A program made the translations under genes and the position numbers. Positions 48,032 through 56,200 of a stretch of 64,000 bases of DNA are shown here, one piece after another. Origin of the DNA: Parcubacteria bacterium C7867-001 (lineage in GTDB: Bacteria > Patescibacteriota > Minisyncoccia > Phycocordibacterales > Phycocordibacteraceae). How positions within the stretch are numbered: position 1 is the first letter of the stretch; each line of letters opens with the position of its first letter. The DNA is taken from contig LFCK01000004.1 of assembly GCA_001189095.1 (NCBI GenBank), positions 5,674 to 69,673 of the forward strand, given 5' to 3'. The notes below the pieces were generated by a model. It was not told where the DNA came from. It was given only the letters and a program-made list of their open reading frames with translations, and made no database searches.

Positions 48032-49768
48032 TTACCCATCATCAGCACTAAAGGGTACGAGGGAGCAGAAGACGCTGTTTTTACCACCCTTCTTTGTGAA
48101 AAGTTGTGAATCTTTAATCATCTCTTCTATGGCTGTCTTGAATGTTGAGTGACCTGTTTTAATCCCAGTCTTTTCGACCAACTTCCATATCTCACTTTTG
48201 ATTAAGGGGGTGCCAGTGTCCTCTAATGCTAGTTGGATAGAGGTTTTCAATTCCTCCTTTTTATTTGTTCTACCTTTGCTCTGTCCTCCATATTTGAAGT
48301 AACCTTTTTCACCGTCACTGTGCAAGCGAACTACAAAAGGTTCCATTTCTTGCCCCTCTCGTAATTTGTTTTGCTGGATGGTTACACTAGCGTCATTGCC
48401 ACGTCTATCAACGGCGAGGTGACAATCCACTTGGGCAAGAATATCTGATGAGCCGCGCATATCCTGTGACGCGTTACTCCTGTCAGCTCCTTTCTTGCGA
48501 TGATGATGGATAACAATGACCGCAATGCCATGATTGGTAACTTCCTTAAAGTGCTTCATTACTTCTCTCATTTCGCTTGCTACATTTTCATCTGAATCGT
48601 GGATACAGATGAGGGAGTCGAAAATCACAAGCTCGATATTTTTGCTTTTCGCAAATTCAATAACTTTTCCTACACTCTCCTTAGTGAGCAAAAAGTCTTT
48701 TTTGGAAGCAATGAAAATAGGCAGCTCGTTATTCTGCAAAAGCAGCTTCGCTCTATCTTTCAGAATCCGTGGATGATTCTCTTCGTCAATAATCAGCACA
48801 GGGCTTTGCCTGGTCTGAAATTCGTCAAATAGCTTCTCACCGCCAGCTATCTTTAGTGCAATATCTAGAGTAATAAAAGTTTTATAAGACCTGGGTGCTC
48901 CAGAAATGATAGTGACAGCTTCGTGTGGAATCAGTCTCTCAACAAGCCATTTAGTATTTTTGTATTCAGTTACAAGTAGTTGTGAAAGCGGTACCGCATC
49001 TATGCCACGGCTAGTTTTAGGTTCGCTTTTTTCTGCTCTCTGTTTCAGCTCTCGATTGGCAATACTGTTGAAGACATTTTTTAATTCTGCATCTGGAAGA
49101 GGTGGTTTGTTGTTTTGATTCCAGCGTTGCATACCAAGCCATACCAGCTCCCAGGTATCCTCTGGAAGATAACCCAGCATTTTTCCTGCCATCTGCGCCG
49201 ATACCTCATTTCTACTTCCTTCCATTACTGGTTTTGCAATGGTTGCTTTCCAGTCAGCATCTTTTTCTTCCTCTCCGAAAGCCCAGTGCGGTAGTTCTGC
49301 AAGTTCCATTTCGCCTGGAGGGATGTTCCAAACGTATTGATTGCCAGATGAAAGTAAAGAGGGTGGCACTACCACGTATCCACCATCAGCTCTAATATCA
49401 ACATTGGGTACAATGCGCACTCGATTCTTCACTTCTCGACCAGGGTGTTTGCAAAATATGTGCCGTCCGCCGCTTGCAGTTTGAGATGCAACAGTAAGAG
49501 GCAGTGGGTAGTCAATTTTTTCTGGAGTATCTATATCAATGACAACAATTCCAGAGATAGCGCCTGTAACGATTCCCACATTCGCATCTGGGTATCTTGT
49601 GAACCACGCCTCAATCTCTTTTTTCGTGGCTCTGGTACGTTGGTAGACTTCCCACTTAATGAGAGCTTTCTTATCTTTGCCGATTGGTATAACAGACCAG
49701 CCTAAATCAGCATATTGAAGCGCGGCTATGAGGTTTTGATTTTCATTTTTCATAAAATTATTTGGCAT
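48032..49768 (-). CDS. Bifunctional PrimPol-domain primase + AAA_25/RecA-like ATPase (replicative primase-helicase of a mobile element)
   Basis: PrimPol motifs GIVVIDIDTP, GGRHIF, DIRADGGYVVVPPS; Walker A GAPRSYKT; Walker B ELVIFDS. Confidence 0.75.
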   Translation of the reverse strand: MPNNFMKNENQNLIAALQYADLGWSVIPIGKDKKALIKWEVYQRTRATKKEIEAWFTRYPDANVGIVTGAISGIVVIDIDTPEKIDYPLPLTVASQTASGGRHIFCKHPGREVKNRVRIVPNVDIRADGGYVVVPPSLLSSGNQYVWNIPPGEMELAELPHWAFGEEEKDADWKATIAKPVMEGSRNEVSAQMAGKMLGYLPEDTWELVWLGMQRWNQNNKPPLPDAELKNVFNSIANRELKQRAEKSEPKTSRGIDAVPLSQLLVTEYKNTKWLVERLIPHEAVTIISGAPRSYKTFITLDIALKIAGGEKLFDEFQTRQSPVLIIDEENHPRILKDRAKLLLQNNELPIFIASKKDFLLTKESVGKVIEFAKSKNIELVIFDSLICIHDSDENVASEMREVMKHFKEVTNHGIAVIVIHHHRKKGADRSNASQDMRGSSDILAQVDCHLAVDRRGNDASVTIQQNKLREGQEMEPFVVRLHSDGEKGYFKYGGQSKGRTNKKEELKTSIQLALEDTGTPLIKSEIWKLVEKTGIKTGHSTFKTAIEEMIKDSQLFTKKGGKNSVFCSLVPFSADDG

Positions 49769-49940
49769 TGTCTTTGCTTGCTTCTTGATGGAGACGCAAA
49801 TTGATTTTGGCGAGCGTAACGTAAAAAGTAGCGAAGTCTTTTAGAAGTTTCTGTATCTCGCTTTCAGAACGTCCTTCAAAAACACCTGTCTCTTCAATAG
49901 GGATTCGCAGCTTCGCAAGTTGTTGCGGTGTGAACTCCAT
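49758..49940 (-). CDS. Small hypothetical protein (60 aa), element-encoded
   Basis: Internal ATG of ORF 49758..50021; abuts the stop of the 49942..50181 ORF. Confidence 0.25.
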   Translation of the reverse strand: MEFTPQQLAKLRIPIEETGVFEGRSESEIQKLLKDFATFYVTLAKINLRLHQEASKDNAK

Positions 49941-49941
49941 A

Positions 49942-50181
49942 TTATTTGAGAGCGTACAGACGATTCTTGAGCTGCTTTTGATTACTAAAGAGGCTCTGTA
50001 TCGAAACAGAGATTTCAGCACCAGCCCAATAATCGCTTACAGCTTTTTCAAATCCTTCTGCGCGGCGAAATAGAAAGTTTATTCGTTTCGCATCTGCACG
50101 CTCCAAGCCGACCAAATCAAATTGGAGAGTAAGCAAAAGGGTTGCGAGTCCCAGGTCACTAATTTTTTCTGTATCTTCCAC
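49942..50181 (-). CDS. Small hypothetical protein (79 aa), element-encoded
   Basis: ORF only. Confidence 0.3.
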   Translation of the reverse strand: MEDTEKISDLGLATLLLTLQFDLVGLERADAKRINFLFRRAEGFEKAVSDYWAGAEISVSIQSLFSNQKQLKNRLYALK

Positions 50182-50321
50182 ATAGAGATTGTCCCAATAA
50201 TCGCCGCCGTTTTTTAGTGTTTGTCAGCAATATTTCTCTTTTGAAATACACTCACAAAAACAGCCGCCATACGGCGACTAATTCGAGTTATCAACAAACG
50301 GAAGTAAATGGTAATAAAAAT

Positions 50322-51023
50322 CTACTTCTTTGGAGGGTTATGGAGCGCAATGCCTACTCTTGGCTCAATGCGAACGTAGCCCTTGATGAAATCTCCCGCT
50401 TGGCGATAAAGACCGTTATGAACAGCATTTTTGATACGCTCAATTTTCTTTTCTTTCTCCTCCAGCTTCGACTGATTATAAAGCGGCTTTTCAAGCTCGT
50501 CATTCAATTCTTCGTAAGTCATTGACCTGCTCAAGCCATCATCGCCGTAGAGGATATTTAGAACAAAATAATGAATCGAAGAATAAGTATCAAATGGAAT
50601 TTTTCTGTCGTTGCAATAAAAATCATTTCCGTGTTTTTCGATTGTGCGGATTACAGTATGGGCAGACGCTAGGGAGGCGATATGTTTTTTTAGCTTCGAT
50701 TCATCAACCTCTATCACGTAAACCTCTTCCTCTTTTCCTGCCTGGTCTCCATCATCAAATTGCGACTCGCTCCCAGTTTCTTCAAAAATCTGATGCTTTT
50801 CTTCCGCCTTCTTTATAAAAAATCCCCATCGTGCGCGGTACTCTTTGACAGCCCCCACTTTTTTCAATCGCTCCAGTGATACCTCAACTTCTTCTTTTGT
50901 AACTCCTCGGACATTGAAATCTTTTACCTTGATAGCAAGAGGGCGAACGCTCTTGGAGTCGTTCGCAACAATTTTGGCTACTATTATTTCGCTATCTTCA
51001 ATACTCATTCCCATAATAATCAT
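50322..51023 (-). CDS. Hypothetical protein, element-encoded, with an acidic central region
   Basis: 233-aa ORF divergent from the xis-like gene. Confidence 0.45.
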   Translation of the reverse strand: MIIMGMSIEDSEIIVAKIVANDSKSVRPLAIKVKDFNVRGVTKEEVEVSLERLKKVGAVKEYRARWGFFIKKAEEKHQIFEETGSESQFDDGDQAGKEEEVYVIEVDESKLKKHIASLASAHTVIRTIEKHGNDFYCNDRKIPFDTYSSIHYFVLNILYGDDGLSRSMTYEELNDELEKPLYNQSKLEEKEKKIERIKNAVHNGLYRQAGDFIKGYVRIEPRVGIALHNPPKK

Positions 51024-51091
51024 AGTCTAACAGAACTTGCCAAAACTTGCCACACACAACCAAAAGAGCTAAACTGTAAGGACATAACATT

Positions 51092-51268
51092 ATGAAACAA
51101 GAAAAGTATTTAACACTGCAAGAAGCAGCAAAAATCTTAGACGTTAGTGAGCGCTCAATGTTCCGCTACATCCATAGTGGAAGGCTTAAAGCCAGCAAGA
51201 TTGGTTCCTGGCGTATCAAAGAAAAAGACCTTGAAGATTTTATTAAAAAAAGTTCCAACCTTTCTTAG
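51092..51268 (+). CDS. Excisionase-family HTH (HTH_17/Xis-like) DNA-binding protein, 58 aa, not in the ORF track
   Basis: LTLQEAAKILDVSERSMFRYIHSGRLKASKIGSWRIKEKDLEDFI; its stop TAG is immediately followed by the PHP-ATPase start. Confidence 0.65.
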   Translation: MKQEKYLTLQEAAKILDVSERSMFRYIHSGRLKASKIGSWRIKEKDLEDFIKKSSNLS

Positions 51269-51280
51269 GTGTCTGATTTT

Positions 51281-54200
51281 ATGAGTAAATCACTTTACAA
51301 CCGAGGTTCAGAGTGGAGAAAATGGGATTTACATATTCATACCCCAGCTTCTTTTCATTGGAACGGTGGAAAGAGATTTTTCGAGATGACTGCGCCAGAA
51401 AAAGAGCAGGCATTTCAGAAAATGCTTGAGACTATAAATAATTCCGATGTTGCTGCTTTCGCAATGACTGATTATTGGACGTTTGATGGATATTTAGAAT
51501 TTAAGGATTATATAAAAAGGAAAAATCTAAAACTTAATAAGACCGTATTTCCTGGAATGGAGTTGAGAGTAGAAGCACCCGTAGACTACCGATTAAATAT
51601 CCAGGTAATTCTTTCAGACGAGCTGACTGCTCAACAACTCAAGGACTTTAAAGCAAAGTTAAGAATAGGTAGCCTTAATAGGAGTCTTTCAGATGATGCC
51701 ATAAAAGAATTCGCCCAAACTCTGGACGACAGCAAAGCAAAAACTCACGGTTTTAAATCACCTTCGACTCTTAACGACACAGAACTACTTGAACTTGGTT
51801 CTAAGACTGTAGTAGTCACAAAAGAATCTCTTTGCAGAGATGCTTTTACTGCAATTCCACCAAAGTGCGGGTACATTCTTTTACCTTATGACACATCAGA
51901 CGGCTTGGTGAAGTTGGATTGGGCTACTCACCCTCACGATGACAACTACTTTATGCAGTCCGCTCATATTTTTGAATCGCGCAATGATGAGTGTATTGAT
52001 TTGTTTTTATGCAAAGAGACACCCAAAAATAAGAGTTTTATCAAGAATTTTATTAAGACGATAGGGGGTAAACCAAAACCAGTTGTCTCTGGTAGTGATG
52101 CCCATAAAATTGAAGACTACGGAAATTATCCTAGTGGGAAAATTACTTGGATAAAAGCTGATGTTACTTTTCAGGGTTTAAGACAAGTTGTTAATGAACC
52201 TGCGGATAGAGCATATGTTGGAACTTCTCCACTTAAGCTTATTGAAGTAGCGAATAATAAATCTAAATACGTAGACTCAATTAAGATTGCACACACTTCA
52301 CCAGGCACCACGCCTGCTTGGTTTTCCAGTAAACTGCCACTAAACAGTGGTTTCGTTGCTATTATTGGTAAAAAAGGAAGCGGTAAAAGTGCACTTGCGG
52401 ACATCGTGAGTCTTTGTGGTGACAGTAAGATAAACCCAAAGGATTATTCATTTCTCACAACCCAGAAGTTTAAAAAGCGTAGCTTGGCAAAAAATTATGA
52501 GGCTAATCTCACGTGGCTTGATGCCCAAGAAATATCTAAAAACTTGGACAGCGAGGTTGAGGTTGCTACCTCTGTTGAAAGAATAAAATACCTACCGCAG
52601 CAATATGTTGAAACTATCTGTAATGAGGAAGGTGTTAGTATTTTGTTTCAGCAAGAGATTGATAAAGTAATTTTTTCTTATGTCCCAGATGAGAGCAGGC
52701 TTGGCACAAATAGCTTGGCAGAGTTGATAAAAACAAAAACAGAATCAGTGGACGGTTCTATTTCTGTGTTACGTACAGAGTTGCATAGAATTAACGAAAA
52801 AATAACTTTACACGAAGACAAAGAAGCTCCTAAGTATGAGGAATCTTTAAATAAGAAACTTGAAGAGAAGCAACGTGAACTCAAGAATCTCCCTCAGCCG
52901 AAAGTTGTTAAGAAGCCTAAGACTACTTTAAACAAAGCAACGGAAGCCAAGATTAAAAGGCTCACCGCGTCCATTACTAAGTTTGATGAACAAATAACAG
53001 TTGCAAAGCAAGAGTTAAAAGATGTTAACGGCAGACTCCATAAACTTGAGAAGATTACTGATAAAGTTACTTCTCTTGGTGGAGATGTTGAAGCATTTAT
53101 TGAAACTTTCCAAGAAGATGCAACTGGAATGGGCATTGACCTTACCAAAGTCCTAAGTCTCAAAATAAATGACGGAGTCCTTAAGACGAAGAAGACGGAG
53201 CTGTCTGCGGAAAAAGAAAAATTGGATGAGAAGCTAGAACAGAACAATCCTAAATCAACGACAAGTTTTTATATCAAGAAGGCAAAGCAGGAAGCAGAGT
53301 TGGCGAAGATTACAGCTACACTTGATGCAGACCAAAAACAATACAAGGAGTATTTGCAAGCACTCAAGGAGTATGGAGAGAAAAAGCAAGCAATTGAAGG
53401 GAAAAAGGGTGATACAAGTTTGGATACTATAATTTCCCTTGAAGAAGAAATTGATTTTGTTAAAAACAAGCTCAAGGGTTTTTTGCAGCAAGGATATAAG
53501 AAACGCGAGGAAACCCTAAAAAAAGTTTTTAAAGAGCTGGGACAAAAAATTAAGTTCTACCAAGAAATCTATACCCCAATCGTTAGTTTTATTGAAAGTG
53601 AAAAAGAAACCCAAGAAAAATCTGGTAATGTTTTAAGTTTCAGTGCGGGGCTTGTCTTTGGGCGACCCAAATTTGTTGATGACTTCTTTTCTTTTGTGAA
53701 TCAAGGCAAGGACGGAAGTTTTCAAACTGTTGCGGGTGGTCAAAAAATACTCAACGCAATTATGGATAAGTATGACCTCACTAAAGAGGACGGGGTATGT
53801 GGATTTACCGAAGACCTTTTGACTCACCTTAGAAATGACAATACTGGAACAACTCCAAAAACAAATCACATCAAGTCTCAACTCAAGAAAGACCAGACTG
53901 ACTTCTACGATTATGTATTCAACCTTGATTACCTAGATGTGAAGTACAAAATCCTTTTCAACGGGAAGGATTTGAACGCCAATGAATTTTCGCCTGGAGA
54001 GAAAGGTGCGCTACTGCTCATTTTCTATTTACTGATTGATAAGGAGAACATACCTCTAGTGATTGACCAGCCAGAAGAAAACCTTGATAACGAATCAGTC
54101 TATACATTACTTGTCCCGTACATTAAAAAAGCAAAGAGTAGACGACAAATTATTGCCGTTACTCATAACCCCAACCTTGCCGTGGTATGTGACGCGGAGC

Positions 54201-54358
54201 AGATTATCTGTGCATCAATGGATAAGAAGAAGTCGGAAGTAAAATATGTTTCTGGAAGTATTGAGGACTCGGATATTAACAAAAAAATTGTAGACATTCT
54301 GGAGGGTACGTTACCTGCCTTTACGGTAAGAGATAGAAGTTATATTAGGAGAAACTAA
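51281..54358 (+). CDS. PHP-domain phosphoesterase fused to an SMC/OLD-like ABC ATPase with a long coiled-coil insertion (alternative GTG start 51269)
   Basis: PHP motifs WDLHIHT, MTDYW, GSDAH; Walker A GKKGSGKS; coiled coil about aa 480-800; ABC signature FSPGEKG; Walker B LVIDQPEENLD; H-loop VTHNPN. Confidence 0.7.
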   Translation: MSKSLYNRGSEWRKWDLHIHTPASFHWNGGKRFFEMTAPEKEQAFQKMLETINNSDVAAFAMTDYWTFDGYLEFKDYIKRKNLKLNKTVFPGMELRVEAPVDYRLNIQVILSDELTAQQLKDFKAKLRIGSLNRSLSDDAIKEFAQTLDDSKAKTHGFKSPSTLNDTELLELGSKTVVVTKESLCRDAFTAIPPKCGYILLPYDTSDGLVKLDWATHPHDDNYFMQSAHIFESRNDECIDLFLCKETPKNKSFIKNFIKTIGGKPKPVVSGSDAHKIEDYGNYPSGKITWIKADVTFQGLRQVVNEPADRAYVGTSPLKLIEVANNKSKYVDSIKIAHTSPGTTPAWFSSKLPLNSGFVAIIGKKGSGKSALADIVSLCGDSKINPKDYSFLTTQKFKKRSLAKNYEANLTWLDAQEISKNLDSEVEVATSVERIKYLPQQYVETICNEEGVSILFQQEIDKVIFSYVPDESRLGTNSLAELIKTKTESVDGSISVLRTELHRINEKITLHEDKEAPKYEESLNKKLEEKQRELKNLPQPKVVKKPKTTLNKATEAKIKRLTASITKFDEQITVAKQELKDVNGRLHKLEKITDKVTSLGGDVEAFIETFQEDATGMGIDLTKVLSLKINDGVLKTKKTELSAEKEKLDEKLEQNNPKSTTSFYIKKAKQEAELAKITATLDADQKQYKEYLQALKEYGEKKQAIEGKKGDTSLDTIISLEEEIDFVKNKLKGFLQQGYKKREETLKKVFKELGQKIKFYQEIYTPIVSFIESEKETQEKSGNVLSFSAGLVFGRPKFVDDFFSFVNQGKDGSFQTVAGGQKILNAIMDKYDLTKEDGVCGFTEDLLTHLRNDNTGTTPKTNHIKSQLKKDQTDFYDYVFNLDYLDVKYKILFNGKDLNANEFSPGEKGALLLIFYLLIDKENIPLVIDQPEENLDNESVYTLLVPYIKKAKSRRQIIAVTHNPNLAVVCDAEQIICASMDKKKSEVKYVSGSIEDSDINKKIVDILEGTLPAFTVRDRSYIRRN

Positions 54359-54501
54359 TTTCTGAATCATAATTCTAAAGGCGGATACTCTCCAAAAGTT
54401 GTATATACTCAAGGCGATATGCCTTGTATAATTTTCAAATAAATTTTACCTATAGATATTTGAACACTTGCAAACATATAACTATGTAGTAATATGTTTG
54501 T

Positions 54502-54816
54502 ATGAGTAGAAACCAAGTAGAACTTGAAGCCAAACTATTTAAAGGCTTTGCTGACCAATCCCGCCTCTTAATACTATCCACTATTTTAGGCCAACCAAAA
54601 ACTGTAAGTGAAATTGTTGATGAAACAAAACTTTCTCAACCAAACACTTCGGCTCATTTAGCGTGTCTTTTGGAATGTGGTCTTATTCGTAACGAAAAGA
54701 AAGGACGAGAGGTTTTTTATGAAGTTTCAGGCAAAGAAGTTGTGGGTATGCTTCAACAGGCACAAAAAGTTTTGAAAAAACACTCCAAGGAGATTTATGA
54801 ATGCACAAACTACTAA
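54502..54816 (+). CDS. ArsR/SmtB-family metalloregulator
   Basis: wHTH and a Cys pair LACLLEC. Confidence 0.7.
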   Translation: MSRNQVELEAKLFKGFADQSRLLILSTILGQPKTVSEIVDETKLSQPNTSAHLACLLECGLIRNEKKGREVFYEVSGKEVVGMLQQAQKVLKKHSKEIYECTNY

Positions 54817-55439
54817 CTATGTGTAAAGAAGATAACGACAATTTAGACCTTTCCCATATAAACCCCGCATATAAGCGGGCACTATGGATAGTGGTCATAC
54901 TCAATCTAGGTTATGGAATAGCCGAAATGATTGGTGGGTTTTTAGCTAACTCTCAAGCTCTTAAAGCTGATGCTTTAGATTTCCTTGGAGACGGTTCAAT
55001 TACATTTATAGGACTGCTTGCTATAGGTTGGTCATTGAGATGGCGTGCTCGTTCTGCTCTTACCCAAGGCATATTCCTAGGAATTATGGGTCTTGGAGTA
55101 ATAACGACTACAGCGTATAAGATATTTGTGCTAAACACACCTGAAGCAGAACTTATGGGCATATTAGGAGTTATTGCTCTTGTTATAAATGTGATTTCGG
55201 CTGTCGTGCTAATTCCTCATCGCCACGGAGACGCTAATATGCGGTCAGTATGGCTTTTCAGCCGTAATGATGCCTTTGGCAATTTAGCTGTGGTTATTGC
55301 TGCAGGTATAGTTTATTGGACAAACACCTCTTGGCCAGACCTTGTAGCCGCACTTATCATCGCAGGATTATTTCTTCATTCGTCTTGGTCGATTATCAAA
55401 GACGCACGAAGAGATTTAAGTAAAATTAACAACAAATAA
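54801..55439 (+). CDS. Cation diffusion facilitator (CDF) transporter, membrane domain only (no C-terminal cytoplasmic domain)
   Basis: 6 TM helices; HRHGD and ExxxD-like motifs; overlaps the arsR stop. Confidence 0.6.
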   Translation: MHKLLTMCKEDNDNLDLSHINPAYKRALWIVVILNLGYGIAEMIGGFLANSQALKADALDFLGDGSITFIGLLAIGWSLRWRARSALTQGIFLGIMGLGVITTTAYKIFVLNTPEAELMGILGVIALVINVISAVVLIPHRHGDANMRSVWLFSRNDAFGNLAVVIAAGIVYWTNTSWPDLVAALIIAGLFLHSSWSIIKDARRDLSKINNK

Positions 55440-55450
55440 TAAATAAAATT

Positions 55451-55645
55451 ATGTCTATAAAAAGTGCCCTCAATTTTGACCGTCATCACATTTTTCTTAC
55501 TAACGCCAGCCATCTTGCTCTTGGGTTTGGATTAGCTTTAGTTTTGCAGCATTATATTTCTGGCAATGCCTTTCTTCCAGTTGTCATAGGTTGGGTTTTG
55601 ATAGGGTTTGGTTTACTTACTCACTTGGTTGCGTGGACAAAATAA
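55451..55645 (+). CDS. Small membrane protein
   Basis: 64 aa, 2 TM helices. Confidence 0.35.
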   Translation: MSIKSALNFDRHHIFLTNASHLALGFGLALVLQHYISGNAFLPVVIGWVLIGFGLLTHLVAWTK

Positions 55646-55766
55646 ATGTTTCTAAATAGGGTTTATGCTTGGTGTATAGAGCGGTTAAAATTAGCATCTA
55701 TAGGTATATAGAATTTTACCCATAAGAAAGAGAGGTCTACGCCCTTTTGTATGCATCTGTTTGTTT

Positions 55767-55901
55767 TTGGTACTAAATGGTACAAAACTACACACCTGAT
55801 AGTAATTTTGCCAGTACCATGTCTGTATTTGATGCTAGTCCTATGGTACTAACTGATAGTGGAAAGATGGTACATATAGAACTGTACATACCAGTACGTA
55901 C
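55767..55901. repeat. Cluster of (A)TGGTAC iterons (at least 5 copies, one inverted) near the right end of the low-GC element
   Basis: Copies at 55767, 55776, 55814 (reverse complement), 55843, 55867, plus degenerate gtaca/gtacgtac. Confidence 0.5.
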
Positions 55902-56200
55902 CCAGACAAGAAAATTTTTCCTAAAAATAGCTCCTGGGATATGGGCTGTCCCCCCTAAAATAAAATCTCACGCCAGGGAAACACCCACCACCCCAAATAC
56001 GAAAAATGGAGCTTCTATGCTCCTTTCCTTGAACCGAGTATAATAAGCCCATTAGGGGGCTGTTTAAGCCACAATAGCGAGCAACTGACGCATCTGTTGC
56101 AGGGAGACGCTAGGATAAGGGAAGATTTCTTCCCATTTAACAGTTCGTACATAGTCCCCCCAAGCCCGCAGATGACAAAGAAGGCGCGCAAGCGCCTCTT

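Larger units (their letters stand above)
45376..56150. mobile_element. Low-GC integrated element (~10.5 kb) encoding serine recombinase, PrimPol-helicase, excisionase-HTH, PHP-ABC ATPase and ArsR-CDF
   Basis: Abrupt AT-rich composition compared with the flanks; recombinase at the tRNA-proximal end; the boundaries are approximate. Confidence 0.6.

Noticed and set aside
55777-56043. 88-aa plus-strand ORF as a real gene
   Set aside because: The sequence is dominated by the GGTAC iteron cluster and is low-complexity; it is more likely a noncoding ori/att region
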